From Clostridia bacterium (GTDB lineage: Bacteria > Bacillota > Clostridia > UBA1381 > UMGS1253), in contig JAZSGM010000125.1 in NCBI GenBank assembly GCA_045532715.1, positions 1-37,594 of the forward strand: a stretch of 37,594 bases of DNA, in the 5' to 3' direction. Position numbers and translations under genes: made by a program. This document shows, piece by piece, positions 9,262-17,677 of this stretch. The notes beneath the pieces are model-generated. The model worked only from the letters and a program-made list of their open reading frames with translations. It did no database searches and was not told the origin of the DNA. The stretch's first letter is position 1, and each line of letters begins with the position of its first letter.

Positions 9262-10212
9262 TTAATTCTCCTTAGGCTGATTTTTTTCCAGCTCTGCCAT
9301 TAAACGGTCGTCCATTTCTTTTGCCGCATTGTAGCCCATTTTCTTCTGACGGTTATTCATAGCCGCTACCTCAACGATAACCGCAAGATTTCTGCCCGGA
9401 CGCACCGGAATGGTCAGTGACGGCACATTGATGCCCAGAATGTTTGTATATTCATCTACCAGACCAAGGCGATCATACTGCTTTGCATCCTCCCACGGCT
9501 CCAGATGAATCACCAAATCAATCTTTTCCGATACCTTAACCGCACCCATACCGTACAATCTGCGAATATCGACAATACCGATACCGCGAAGCTCGATAAA
9601 ATAACGGATAATATCCGGCGCAGAGCCAACTAAGGTCTTATCGGAAACGCGCTTGATTTCCACTGCATCGTCTGCAACAAATCGGTGTCCACGCTTTACA
9701 AGCTCAACGGCACATTCACTTTTACCAACGCCGCTCTCGCCCAAAATCAACACACCCTCGCCGTGTACCTCTACAAGTACACCGTGACGCGTAATACGCG
9801 GCGCAAGATTCAAATTCAGATAACTGATGACAGCCGCCGTAAAGCCGGAGGTGCTCATTCCCGTACGGCAAATCGTAACATCATGTGCCTCCGCCGCTTC
9901 TAAAAGCTCCGGGAATACTTCCATACCGCGGGTAACCACAACCATCGGAATTCCCGTTGCCAAAAGCTTGTCAAAGCTTTCTCTGCGTGCCTGCGCAGCA
10001 AACTCCTGCAAATAAGACATTTCTACCTTACCCAGAATCTGAATACGCGACGGCTCAAAATAATCATAAAACCCGACAATCTGCATACCCGGTCGGTTGA
10101 CCTCATTGTTAACAATGGCAACCTGCTCGGCTTTTTTTGCACGATAACAGGTCTCCAAATGAAACTCTTCAATTATGGAATCCAGCGAAATTGAGTAACC
10201 GGAATTTGTCAT
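9262..10212 (-). CDS. hprK: HPr kinase/phosphorylase
   Basis: Walker A GESGVGKSE followed by LVADD-like RFVADD, and the C-terminal signature. The track ORF starts at a TTG (10242). ATG at 10212 has GGAGG 8 nt upstream and is preferred (316 aa). Confidence 0.9.
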   Translation of the reverse strand: MTNSGYSISLDSIIEEFHLETCYRAKKAEQVAIVNNEVNRPGMQIVGFYDYFEPSRIQILGKVEMSYLQEFAAQARRESFDKLLATGIPMVVVTRGMEVFPELLEAAEAHDVTICRTGMSTSGFTAAVISYLNLNLAPRITRHGVLVEVHGEGVLILGESGVGKSECAVELVKRGHRFVADDAVEIKRVSDKTLVGSAPDIIRYFIELRGIGIVDIRRLYGMGAVKVSEKIDLVIHLEPWEDAKQYDRLGLVDEYTNILGINVPSLTIPVRPGRNLAVIVEVAAMNNRQKKMGYNAAKEMDDRLMAELEKNQPKEN

Positions 10213-10262
10213 TTTTTTCGCCTCCGAAACTTCGAAAATCAAATCGATATTACTACAAGTTT

Positions 10263-10291
10263 ATTATATACGATTTTTTCTGTTTTTTCAA
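10263..10291 (-). promoter_or_regulatory. Candidate sigma-A promoter of the hprK array
   Basis: Minus strand: TTGAAA (10291-10286), 17 nt spacer, TATAAT (10268-10263). About 45 nt upstream of the hprK ATG. Confidence 0.5.
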
Positions 10292-10352
10292 CGAAAAGTT
10301 AAGATTTTTACAGAAAGTTCAAATGCGCTGTACCCGCCATGCATTTTGCAAT

Positions 10353-10380
10353 AAAAAAACCGAGTAAACTCGGTTTTTTT
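10353..10380. terminator. Intrinsic terminator after the SLH-protein gene
   Basis: AAAAAAACCGAG-TAAA-CTCGGTTTTTTT. The GC core is 5 bp, flanked by an A-run and a T-run, so it looks the same on both strands. It starts 5 nt past the stop codon at 10385. Confidence 0.6.
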
Positions 10381-10384
10381 ATGT

Positions 10385-13300
10385 TTATTCAGCTTCTTGT
10401 TCCTCCTGCTGTTCCGGTTCCTCCGGATCTACAGGTGCCTCCGGGTCAAACGGCGGCTGTTCCGGATCAAACGGTTCTTCCGGGTCGGTCGGGTCTTCCG
10501 GTTCAGTCGGTTCTTCTGGCTCAGCCGGTTCTTCCGGTTCAGTCGGTTCCTCCGGCTCATTCGGCTCCTCCGGCTGTTCCGGATCGGCCGGTTCTTCTCC
10601 TGTTGTTCTTTCATCGACAACAACGACAAGCACCTTTAGTGTACCTGCATATGCCTGCGCAAATACTGTTGTTGCATTGGCATTTTTCAGATTGCCGAAT
10701 TCAATAACTGTGTTCAAATTCGAAAGCAAATTCACTTCCGTCTTGTTATCCGTCAGGCGAATGTGATACTTTTTCACATTGCTGTTCAAGCGGAAGCCGA
10801 TAGCATCCGACACATCCAACTCCGGCTCATCGCCCGTAGCATCCACAAATGCCGGTGCAACAAAGATGGATTCATCCGCCAGCGAAGAAACCGTGCCGTA
10901 AATGGACTTGAAGTAATATTCGCTGTTGTTATACATTACCGGCTTAGACGTCGTCGTCGATATATCATACTTGAACTCCGGCACAAGATTCTCCACATCC
11001 AGCTCATGCGTACCGGTATTACTGCGTCCCATCTTGTTAATGCGTCCGTCAACGTCCAGACCGAAACGGATGATATCACCAACCTTAATTTCATTATAAG
11101 GCGCACCCGTTTTCTCCGTTTCATAATTCTTTACGGCGCCGTTCTGATAAACTTCGATATGGTAAACTATCTTTTCTTCGTCACTCTTACTCAAACCGCT
11201 GCTGACCTTGGTTACAATGCTGACCGGCGTCAGATAATTTACCGCCGTTTCCGCCGCAGTAGCCGCAGCATTATACACAAGTACAACCTTCGCTACAGAA
11301 GAAGGATTTATGTCATAAGCCTCAATATTGTATTTTGTACTGTTTTTAAAATACGATGTCGCTGTAGAACGCTTATACTCAGCATCGTCCATACGGTCAT
11401 CCGGCACAACCAATACCAATGTACTGGAATTCACAAATACTTTACTGTTAAAGCCGCTCGATGATGTATAGGTAACGCTTTCCTTTTCCAGACCGGTCAC
11501 CAACACATCCATGTCCTCATTTTTCGCAACCTCTACTTCTCCGGCATGCATGGAAATAGTTGTAATCTTACTGATTTGACCGCTTGCATTCTTGACATAA
11601 CGGATGAGCTGTGCATATTTGGTATTCTTGGCATCCGCACCTGCGTTGGAAGCAATTTCCTTAGCTGTATCTTCCAGAATATCAAGAATTTCCTGCGCAT
11701 CGGATACATTGCTACCGTTGATTTTTACCTTGGATGCACACTTCACCTTTGTCGGTGTAGACGGGCTGCCGCTTAAATTCACAAGCTTTAAAATCGCGTA
11801 CTCATCATCAATACCCGCATTGGTAACATACGCATACATACCCGCATCTTCCTGCGTAATCTTTGCCGCACAAATACGGTCGTTGTGGTCTAAATAAAAT
11901 GTACCCTCAGCACCGACTTTTGCTATAATCAGCTTCGTTTCAATCAAATTCTCATACGTTGCCGTTGTCTTATAGGTCTTACCGTCAATAATGTACTCAC
12001 CGTCAGCCGTAATTTCATCAATCTTCCCTTTTACGGTCTTACCGCTGACATACACCTTGAATTTCGTTCCAGACATATTGGCTGCCACACATACCACATG
12101 CATCGCCTTAATATCCTCAATCTGCATTTCTTCTCCGGTTACTGCATTATAGAATTCTGCCGTAATACTCGGAGAATATGAATCAATGCGAACATTTCTG
12201 CCCGAAACATAGTTATCATAAATCACATAGTTGTTTGCAGATATACTGTCTGTGGTCATTACGCCGCTCTTCGCAACATAAATTTCATAGTCCTCAATAA
12301 AAACAGTATCAATTTTCTTATCGCCTGTATTTTCTAAAAGGCGCAACTGCCCATCCATAAAATACTTACTGTTTGGATCCAGCCACTTCGACAAATCCTT
12401 TTCAGTCGCACTGCCGTTTTTAAAGTCATACAAGCTGCCGTTATACATCAGCTGCGCATCCGGACTGATTGAAATCTTGTCGAGCTTCTCACCCTCTGCA
12501 TCTGTGTAATATTCGATTTCGAAATCTTTATAATCATAAATAGCTTCGGACAATATGATATATTCTTCAGTTCTGGCATTCGAAGCTGCGATATAGATAA
12601 TACTGTTTGCTTCATATTCCGAACCGATTTTATAATAACCCTTTACATAGCTGCCTAAAAGCGATTTTGCCTCTATTTTGGTCATTATATCCGTATAAAC
12701 AAATGCTTCCTCAGACTGCGCAAACGCAAGCTCACCTTCCTGCAAACGGATTTCGCTGTCAGAAACAGAATCCGTGCCGTCCACCTGCGAAAGCATATAG
12801 TTATTGAAATGCGCATAACCAAGCTTATTGGTCAGCAATGTCTTTGTGGTCACATTCACACTGCCATCCGGCTGTTTATCCGTTAACGGAATTTCCAGTG
12901 CATTAAAAAGCAGCTGCGCAACCATGCCGCGGGATGCCGATACATCCGTCTTTTCTACGTTGATTGCCTTGAGCATTCCCAGCGTATCTGCCTGTGCTAC
13001 ATAACCGTCCGGCCAGCCGCCCAACTCAATCGCCGCTGCTTCATAGCCAAGCGCACAAACAAGCATTTTTACCGCCTGCTCATAGGTCACCGGATTGTCC
13101 GGTGCAAATGTGCCGTCGCCCATACCGAGAATGATGCCCAGGTCATATGCAATCTTGATATAACCCGATGCCCAATGCTCACCGCCGCCAACCATCATAT
13201 CGGTAAAGATCGTCGCTGCGCTCGAGCCAACTGCAACGCTCTCCAAACCGAGCATACGTGCAATTACCGTTGCAAACTCCGCACGGGTAATCGTATTATC

Positions 13301-13483
13301 CGGGCGGAAGGAATTATCTTCATAGCCCTTGAGAAGCTTTAATGCAACCAAAACATCAATCGCTTCCTGATAATTCGTATTCTTGTCAACATCGACAAAA
13401 GCAGCCGATGCAGGCAACTGTGCTGCGCCAAGCACAAGCACCAACGAAAGCAAAACGGAAAGTAGCTTTCTTGTAAATTTCAT
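10385..13483 (-). CDS. Secreted S-layer-homology (SLH) domain surface protein with acidic Pro/Glu-rich C-terminal tail
   Basis: 1032 aa. Signal peptide MKFTRKLLSVLLSLVLVLGAAQLPASA. Three SLH repeats at about aa 28-205 (FVDVD..YQEAIDVL..GYEDNSFRPDNTITRAEFA; HWASGYIKIAYDLGIILGMGDGTFAPDNPVTYEQA; third degenerate). About 750 aa of central region has no motif I recognise. The last ~70 aa are (E/D)P-rich. AAAGGAGG RBS. Confidence 0.85.
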   Translation of the reverse strand: MKFTRKLLSVLLSLVLVLGAAQLPASAAFVDVDKNTNYQEAIDVLVALKLLKGYEDNSFRPDNTITRAEFATVIARMLGLESVAVGSSAATIFTDMMVGGGEHWASGYIKIAYDLGIILGMGDGTFAPDNPVTYEQAVKMLVCALGYEAAAIELGGWPDGYVAQADTLGMLKAINVEKTDVSASRGMVAQLLFNALEIPLTDKQPDGSVNVTTKTLLTNKLGYAHFNNYMLSQVDGTDSVSDSEIRLQEGELAFAQSEEAFVYTDIMTKIEAKSLLGSYVKGYYKIGSEYEANSIIYIAASNARTEEYIILSEAIYDYKDFEIEYYTDAEGEKLDKISISPDAQLMYNGSLYDFKNGSATEKDLSKWLDPNSKYFMDGQLRLLENTGDKKIDTVFIEDYEIYVAKSGVMTTDSISANNYVIYDNYVSGRNVRIDSYSPSITAEFYNAVTGEEMQIEDIKAMHVVCVAANMSGTKFKVYVSGKTVKGKIDEITADGEYIIDGKTYKTTATYENLIETKLIIAKVGAEGTFYLDHNDRICAAKITQEDAGMYAYVTNAGIDDEYAILKLVNLSGSPSTPTKVKCASKVKINGSNVSDAQEILDILEDTAKEIASNAGADAKNTKYAQLIRYVKNASGQISKITTISMHAGEVEVAKNEDMDVLVTGLEKESVTYTSSSGFNSKVFVNSSTLVLVVPDDRMDDAEYKRSTATSYFKNSTKYNIEAYDINPSSVAKVVLVYNAAATAAETAVNYLTPVSIVTKVSSGLSKSDEEKIVYHIEVYQNGAVKNYETEKTGAPYNEIKVGDIIRFGLDVDGRINKMGRSNTGTHELDVENLVPEFKYDISTTTSKPVMYNNSEYYFKSIYGTVSSLADESIFVAPAFVDATGDEPELDVSDAIGFRLNSNVKKYHIRLTDNKTEVNLLSNLNTVIEFGNLKNANATTVFAQAYAGTLKVLVVVVDERTTGEEPADPEQPEEPNEPEEPTEPEEPAEPEEPTEPEDPTDPEEPFDPEQPPFDPEAPVDPEEPEQQEEQEAE
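10388..10603 (-). repeat. Imperfect 18/36-nt tandem repeat encoding the (E/D)PEEPx tail
   Basis: The unit TCTTCCGGTTCAGTCGGTTC recurs 36 nt apart (about 10494 and 10530) among degenerate 18-nt units. Translation: EPEEPTEPEEPAEPEEPTEPEDPTDPEEPFDPEQPPFDPEAPVDPEEPE. Confidence 0.8.
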
Positions 13484-13520
13484 ATGTATTCCTCCTTTGT
13501 GGGTACAATTACATATTTAT

Positions 13521-13550
13521 ATCATAACACGCATCCGCACATCAGGTCAA
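13521..13550 (-). promoter_or_regulatory. Candidate sigma-A promoter of the SLH-protein gene
   Basis: Minus strand: TTGACC (13550-13545), 18 nt spacer including an extended -10 TGt, TATGAT (13526-13521). About 38 nt upstream of the ATG. Confidence 0.5.
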
Positions 13551-13574
13551 TTACAGAGATTTTACAATTTAATG

Positions 13575-13610
13575 AAAAAAAGCTTTGCCATACAGGTGTT
13601 GGCAAAGCTT
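13575..13610 (-). terminator. Intrinsic terminator of the EamA permease gene
   Basis: 11-bp stem AAGCTTTGCCA (13580-13590) / TGGCAAAGCTT (13600-13610) with a 9-nt loop. On the minus strand it is followed by TTTTTTT (complement of 13575-13581). Confidence 0.7.
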
Positions 13611-13626
13611 TCCATGCTTTCATGCA

Positions 13627-14529
13627 TTAATTTCCCCTTTTTTCCGGCAATTGCACAAGTAAAATTGCTGCAAACATCAGCACACAACCTAAAATTTCCC
13701 ATCCGGTCATGCTTTCATTGAGTAAAACCGCCCCGGCAAGTACCGCAAATACGGATTCCAAGCTCATCAAAATGGAAGCAGAGGTCGGATCCGTATATTT
13801 CTGGCCCACAATCTGAAGCGTGTAGGCAACGCCGCAAGACATGATGCCCGAATACAAAATTGCTGTATAGCACTGCAAAATCAAATGCATCTGCGGATTT
13901 TCAAAAATAAACATCAGCATAATATTGATGCCTCCCGATACAAAAAACTGTAAGCAGGAAAGCTTCACGCCGTCCAACTTCGGTGAAAAATAGTCAATCG
14001 CAAGGATGTGAAAAGCAAATATGACTGCACAAATCAGCGTCAGAAGATCACCGAAGTTTATCTCGCTTGCATCCCCACCCGTCAGACACAAAAGACTCAG
14101 ACCACCAAGTGCAATCAATGCACTTATGATGGCAATCAGCGTCGGCTTCTTTTTGAAAAGCAAGCCTAAAAACGGCACAATGATCATATACATTGCCGTT
14201 ATAAAACCGCTTTTACCTGCCGTAGTATGCTGCAGGCCGTATGTCTGCAGCGTACTCGCTGCGCACAAAAGGCAACCGCAAATCACGCCGCCAAGCACCA
14301 ATGCTTTGTTGTTGTTCTTCTTTTCCTCCTGCTTTTCCCGCACACTTTTGCCGCGCTCACGCAGCAGAATAAACGGCACAAGCACCGCACAGCCAAGCCA
14401 GGTACGAATACCGTTAAACGTATTCGGCTCAATATAATCCATGCCCACACTCTGCGACACAAAGGAAATACCCCAGATAATCGCCGTAAGTAAAAGTATG
14501 AGATTGCCCTTCAGCTTTGTTTTATTCAT
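13627..14529 (-). CDS. EamA/DMT-family permease
   Basis: 300 aa with about 10 predicted TM segments in two EamA-like halves (LLLTAIIWGISFV...; ...AILLVQLPE). Confidence 0.8.
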   Translation of the reverse strand: MNKTKLKGNLILLLTAIIWGISFVSQSVGMDYIEPNTFNGIRTWLGCAVLVPFILLRERGKSVREKQEEKKNNNKALVLGGVICGCLLCAASTLQTYGLQHTTAGKSGFITAMYMIIVPFLGLLFKKKPTLIAIISALIALGGLSLLCLTGGDASEINFGDLLTLICAVIFAFHILAIDYFSPKLDGVKLSCLQFFVSGGINIMLMFIFENPQMHLILQCYTAILYSGIMSCGVAYTLQIVGQKYTDPTSASILMSLESVFAVLAGAVLLNESMTGWEILGCVLMFAAILLVQLPEKRGN

Positions 14530-14561
14530 CCTATCAATCCTTCCCGAAATTACACCGATAT

Positions 14562-14590
14562 ATTATATAATATGCAGCAGCTTTTGGCAA
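14562..14590 (-). promoter_or_regulatory. Candidate sigma-A promoter of the EamA gene
   Basis: Minus strand: TTGCCA (14590-14585), 17 nt spacer, TATAAT (14567-14562). Confidence 0.45.
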
Positions 14591-14611
14591 GGGCATCTGC
14601 ACAAAACAAGC

Positions 14612-15394
14612 TCATAATCTTTTTTGGTTTGCGTATTGTTTCGGAGTTACACCCGTTTGTGCACGAAAGCTTTTGCAAAAATAAGCCTCCGTAGAAAACT
14701 GCAGCCGTTCTGCAATTTCGCGCACGGTCAGATTGGTTGCCTGCAGCAGGTATTTCGCCTTCTGCAGTTTTATGCTGATTCTGTACTGCACAGGCGAAAT
14801 GCCGAGCGCTTCCGTAAACAGCCTGCGAAGGCCGCTCTCGCTTACACAACACAGACGCGCAAGCGTTTGCACGGACAAATTGTCATTTTCCTGCAAAAGC
14901 GACTGCGCCTTTTTAATCACGCTTGCGTGTTCACCGTCCACCGCATCCGCCGCATCAAATATCGTCGCAATTAAAGCATACAAAACACTTTTCCGCTCGG
15001 TTAGCGAGCTCCACGCCGCATATGGTTTTTCCGTTAAACGTGTAAATTGCGCAGCGCATTCTGCCGGCGCTGCAGAACATATGTGTATCGGCGCTGCAAA
15101 GGTCATTTGCGGAAGTGCTTCAAAATTGATTAAATCATTTTCCACATCGCCGCGCTCCGTATGAAAGATTGCCCGGTAAAAACATCCCTTCGGCAGAAAA
15201 ATCACATCCCCTGCTGCTGCGCAAAGCTTCTGCTTTCCGCATATAAAATCAATCTCGCCGCTGCGAAGCAGCATCAACCCATAATCGGGACGCGGTGTAT
15301 CCAGATAACTGAAACTGTCATGCTGCCAGCGCTGTCTTATAAACTTAATCGGTGTCAAATGTGCATTTTCCAAAAAGCTTTTCCATTCCTGCAT
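14612..15394 (-). CDS. AraC-family transcriptional regulator (cupin N-domain plus double HTH)
   Basis: C-terminal AraC HTH (LARLCCVSESGLRRLFTEALGISPVQY ... IAERLQFSTEAYFCKSFRAQTGVTPKQY). The track ORF starts at GTG 15403. ATG 15394 has GAGGTG 6 nt upstream and is preferred. Confidence 0.85.
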   Translation of the reverse strand: MQEWKSFLENAHLTPIKFIRQRWQHDSFSYLDTPRPDYGLMLLRSGEIDFICGKQKLCAAAGDVIFLPKGCFYRAIFHTERGDVENDLINFEALPQMTFAAPIHICSAAPAECAAQFTRLTEKPYAAWSSLTERKSVLYALIATIFDAADAVDGEHASVIKKAQSLLQENDNLSVQTLARLCCVSESGLRRLFTEALGISPVQYRISIKLQKAKYLLQATNLTVREIAERLQFSTEAYFCKSFRAQTGVTPKQYANQKRL

Positions 15395-15428
15395 TTGTTT
15401 CACCTCGTCATCATTATATCTGTTTTTA

Positions 15429-15472
15429 GCGAAAATTGCAATTTATTTACCGAAAATTCCCTATATTTTCGC
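15429..15472. promoter_or_regulatory. Three copies of CGAAAAT in the divergent AraC/GH30 control region (candidate AraC operator)
   Basis: CGAAAATT occurs at 15430-15437 and 15451-15458, a direct repeat with 21-bp phasing. An inverted copy ATTTTCG lies at 15465-15471. Copies 1 and 3 extend to GCGAAAAT / ATTTTCGC. Confidence 0.4.
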
Positions 15473-15521
15473 CTTTTTGTATGCTACTCTAAACAAAAAG
15501 TGATATATAGGAGGCTTTCAA

Positions 15522-16868
15522 ATGACCGCAAAACAAATCATGACCGACAAAGAACACGAGAGGCTGCTGCAAGAAATTTTTTCATCGCAGCCACTCCACG
15601 GTGCGACAACGCTTACGATTGGCGATACGCCGTGTGCCGAGAATTTTTCAGGCTTCGGCGTTGCTATTACAGGGGCATCGTGCTATCTTTTAAGTAAGAT
15701 GGAACAAGACAAGCGCACTGCACTTTTAAAGCAAATCTATTCAAAGGACGGACTCGGTTTATCCGTCGGCAGACTCTCCATCGGCGCAAGCGACTATTCT
15801 GCCGAGTTGTATTCCTACGATGACGTGCCGTTTGACACGGAGCTTAAGCATTTCTCCATTGCGCACGATCTTACCTATGTCATCCCGATGATTCAAGAAA
15901 TTTTGAAAATCAATCCGGATTTATATTTATTCGCTTCCCCGTGGAGTCCGCCCGGCTGGATGAAAACCGGCGGCAGCCTCGGCGGCGGCTATATGCGAAA
16001 CGAGTTTGTTGACTGCTACGCAGAATATATCATAAAATACCTCAAAGCCTATGCCGAGCACAGCATTACCGTTCGTGCAATTACACCGCAGAACGAACCG
16101 GACACCTGGCAAGGCGGTCGTATGCCGGCTTGCGTATGGCATCCGGAAACGGAAGCGAATTTTATCCGTAGTCTGCGTGAAAAACTAAGACGCGAGGACA
16201 TGAACACCGAAATCTGGATATTTGACCACAATTTCAAAAACGCCGCACCCCGCGTATTGTGGGCGCTGGACAACTGCGCAGGGCTCAAGGAAAGCTGCAA
16301 CGCAGTCGCCTTCCATTACTACAGCGGCTGCATCGAGGATACATGCTGCATCAGAAAAGCGCATCCCGAACTGAAGCTGCATTTTACCGAGGGCGGTCCG
16401 CGCCTTTATGATAACTACGACACCGACTGGTGCAAGTGGGGCATGATGATAACCAAAGCGCTCACGCATGGCTACAGCTCCTTTACCGGCTGGAACCTCA
16501 TTTTAAATGAGCTCGGCGGTCCGAATGTCGGTCCGTTCTTCTGTGGCGGACTCGTGACGGAGCACAGCGTAACCGGCGAATTCAATTACAGCGGACAGTA
16601 TAAAGCCTTTGCACACATCGCACCGTATATAAACAAGGACAGCAAAATCTATCCGGTTACCGTAAATGACGCCTTCGGGCAAAGTATGGCGCAATACCCG
16701 AAGCTGCAACGCGAGGTTTGTGGCTTCCTGATTGAAAACAGCGGCGGAAAGCGCACGATGATTTTAATCAACCCAAACACGGATAAAGTGCAAACGCAGT
16801 TTTTCTTAAACGGCACCTGGTGGTACGCTGAGCTGATGACAGACAGCATTTCTACGCTTCTGTTCTGA
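15522..16868 (+). CDS. Glycoside hydrolase family 30 (glucosylceramidase-like beta-glycosidase), no signal peptide
   Basis: 448 aa. GH30 landmarks: GFGVAITGAS, SIGASDYS, ASPWSPPGWMK, acid/base region ITPQNEPD, nucleophile region HFTEGG. AGGAGG RBS 8 nt upstream. Confidence 0.8.
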   Translation: MTAKQIMTDKEHERLLQEIFSSQPLHGATTLTIGDTPCAENFSGFGVAITGASCYLLSKMEQDKRTALLKQIYSKDGLGLSVGRLSIGASDYSAELYSYDDVPFDTELKHFSIAHDLTYVIPMIQEILKINPDLYLFASPWSPPGWMKTGGSLGGGYMRNEFVDCYAEYIIKYLKAYAEHSITVRAITPQNEPDTWQGGRMPACVWHPETEANFIRSLREKLRREDMNTEIWIFDHNFKNAAPRVLWALDNCAGLKESCNAVAFHYYSGCIEDTCCIRKAHPELKLHFTEGGPRLYDNYDTDWCKWGMMITKALTHGYSSFTGWNLILNELGGPNVGPFFCGGLVTEHSVTGEFNYSGQYKAFAHIAPYINKDSKIYPVTVNDAFGQSMAQYPKLQREVCGFLIENSGGKRTMILINPNTDKVQTQFFLNGTWWYAELMTDSISTLLF

Positions 16869-16872
16869 TATC

Positions 16873-16907
16873 AAAAAAGACTTTCGCAAAATGCGAAAGT
16901 CTTTTTT
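16873..16907. terminator. Bidirectional terminator between the convergent GH30 gene and the his operon
   Basis: AAAAGACTTTCGCA-AAA-TGCGAAAGTCTTTT (14-bp stem) with A/T runs on both sides. It abuts the GH30 stop (16868) and the hisJ stop (16907). Confidence 0.8.
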
Positions 16908-17677
16908 CAAATCTCAAATCCGATTTCTTTTGCCATTGCCGCCGCTTCTTTGTAGCCACAGCAAAGGCTGTCCGTATTATGCGCATCACTGCACAGTATG
17001 ATTTTACCGCCATTTTTATAGATATACTCCAGCTGCGCCTTCGACGGATACGGCGTCGTGCGATACCCACGTGAAATCGCGCCGGTGTTGATTTCAAACG
17101 GACGGTTATACGGCAAAAGCTTATCCATCGCCTTCTGCCACGCCGCAATATAGCGCGGATGATTTTCATCGAAAATCGGTGTCTTTTCATTAAACTTAGT
17201 AAGCAAATCAAAATGCCCGATGATATCTGCGCCGGTCACATAAAGCACATCGCCGACCAAAGCAAAGTAATCCTCTGCAAAGCCCATTGCATCGCCGCCG
17301 TAATGCTTTTTCAATTCATCCTGCAAATAGTCCGCATTCCAATCTACATCAATATATACATCACCTTTTTTGACATAGTGCACCGAACCGAGTGCATAGT
17401 CAAAACCGTCGGTTGACTCTGTACCGAAATAATCCTGCTCTACGCCGCACAAAAGCACAATTTTGTCCTTGTACTTTTCCTTTAGTGCCGCAATTTCTGC
17501 TTGAAAGGCTTTGATATCCTTTTTTTTGACGCAGTATCTTTCGTCAAACGCCGTATGCGAATGCGTGCAAATACCGATGTGCGTCATTCCTTTTTCAATG
17601 GCGGCAAGCACCATTTCCTCTGCAGAATTGCTGCCGTCGCAGTAGGTAGTGTGCATATGAAAATCACGAAACATCAT
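16907..17677 (-). CDS. hisJ: Histidinol-phosphatase, PHP family
   Basis: 256 aa. PHP motif FHMHTTYCDGS and further His/Asp metal ligands (HSH, GHFD, SDAH). Last cistron of the his operon, overlapping the hisIE stop by 4 nt. Confidence 0.8.
   Translation of the reverse strand: MMFRDFHMHTTYCDGSNSAEEMVLAAIEKGMTHIGICTHSHTAFDERYCVKKKDIKAFQAEIAALKEKYKDKIVLLCGVEQDYFGTESTDGFDYALGSVHYVKKGDVYIDVDWNADYLQDELKKHYGGDAMGFAEDYFALVGDVLYVTGADIIGHFDLLTKFNEKTPIFDENHPRYIAAWQKAMDKLLPYNRPFEINTGAISRGYRTTPYPSKAQLEYIYKNGGKIILCSDAHNTDSLCCGYKEAAAMAKEIGFEI

Noticed and set aside
10388-10603. Short tandem repeats, considered as a possible CRISPR array
   Set aside because: The units are 18/36 nt and contiguous with no unique spacers. 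They are in frame within a long CDS, and there are no cas genes.
10339-10707. Pro/Val/Leu-rich 122-aa ORF on the + strand, together with ORFs 10397-10639 and 10429-10629
   Set aside because: They are mirror or alternative-frame readings of the (E/D)P tandem repeat at the 3' end of the SLH gene. They are repeat artefacts, not genes.
16852-17211. 119-aa Arg-rich minus-strand ORF
   Set aside because: It is an alternative frame of hisJ and crosses the bidirectional terminator. The composition (RRGRRRW, RRRIRRRR) is non-protein-like.
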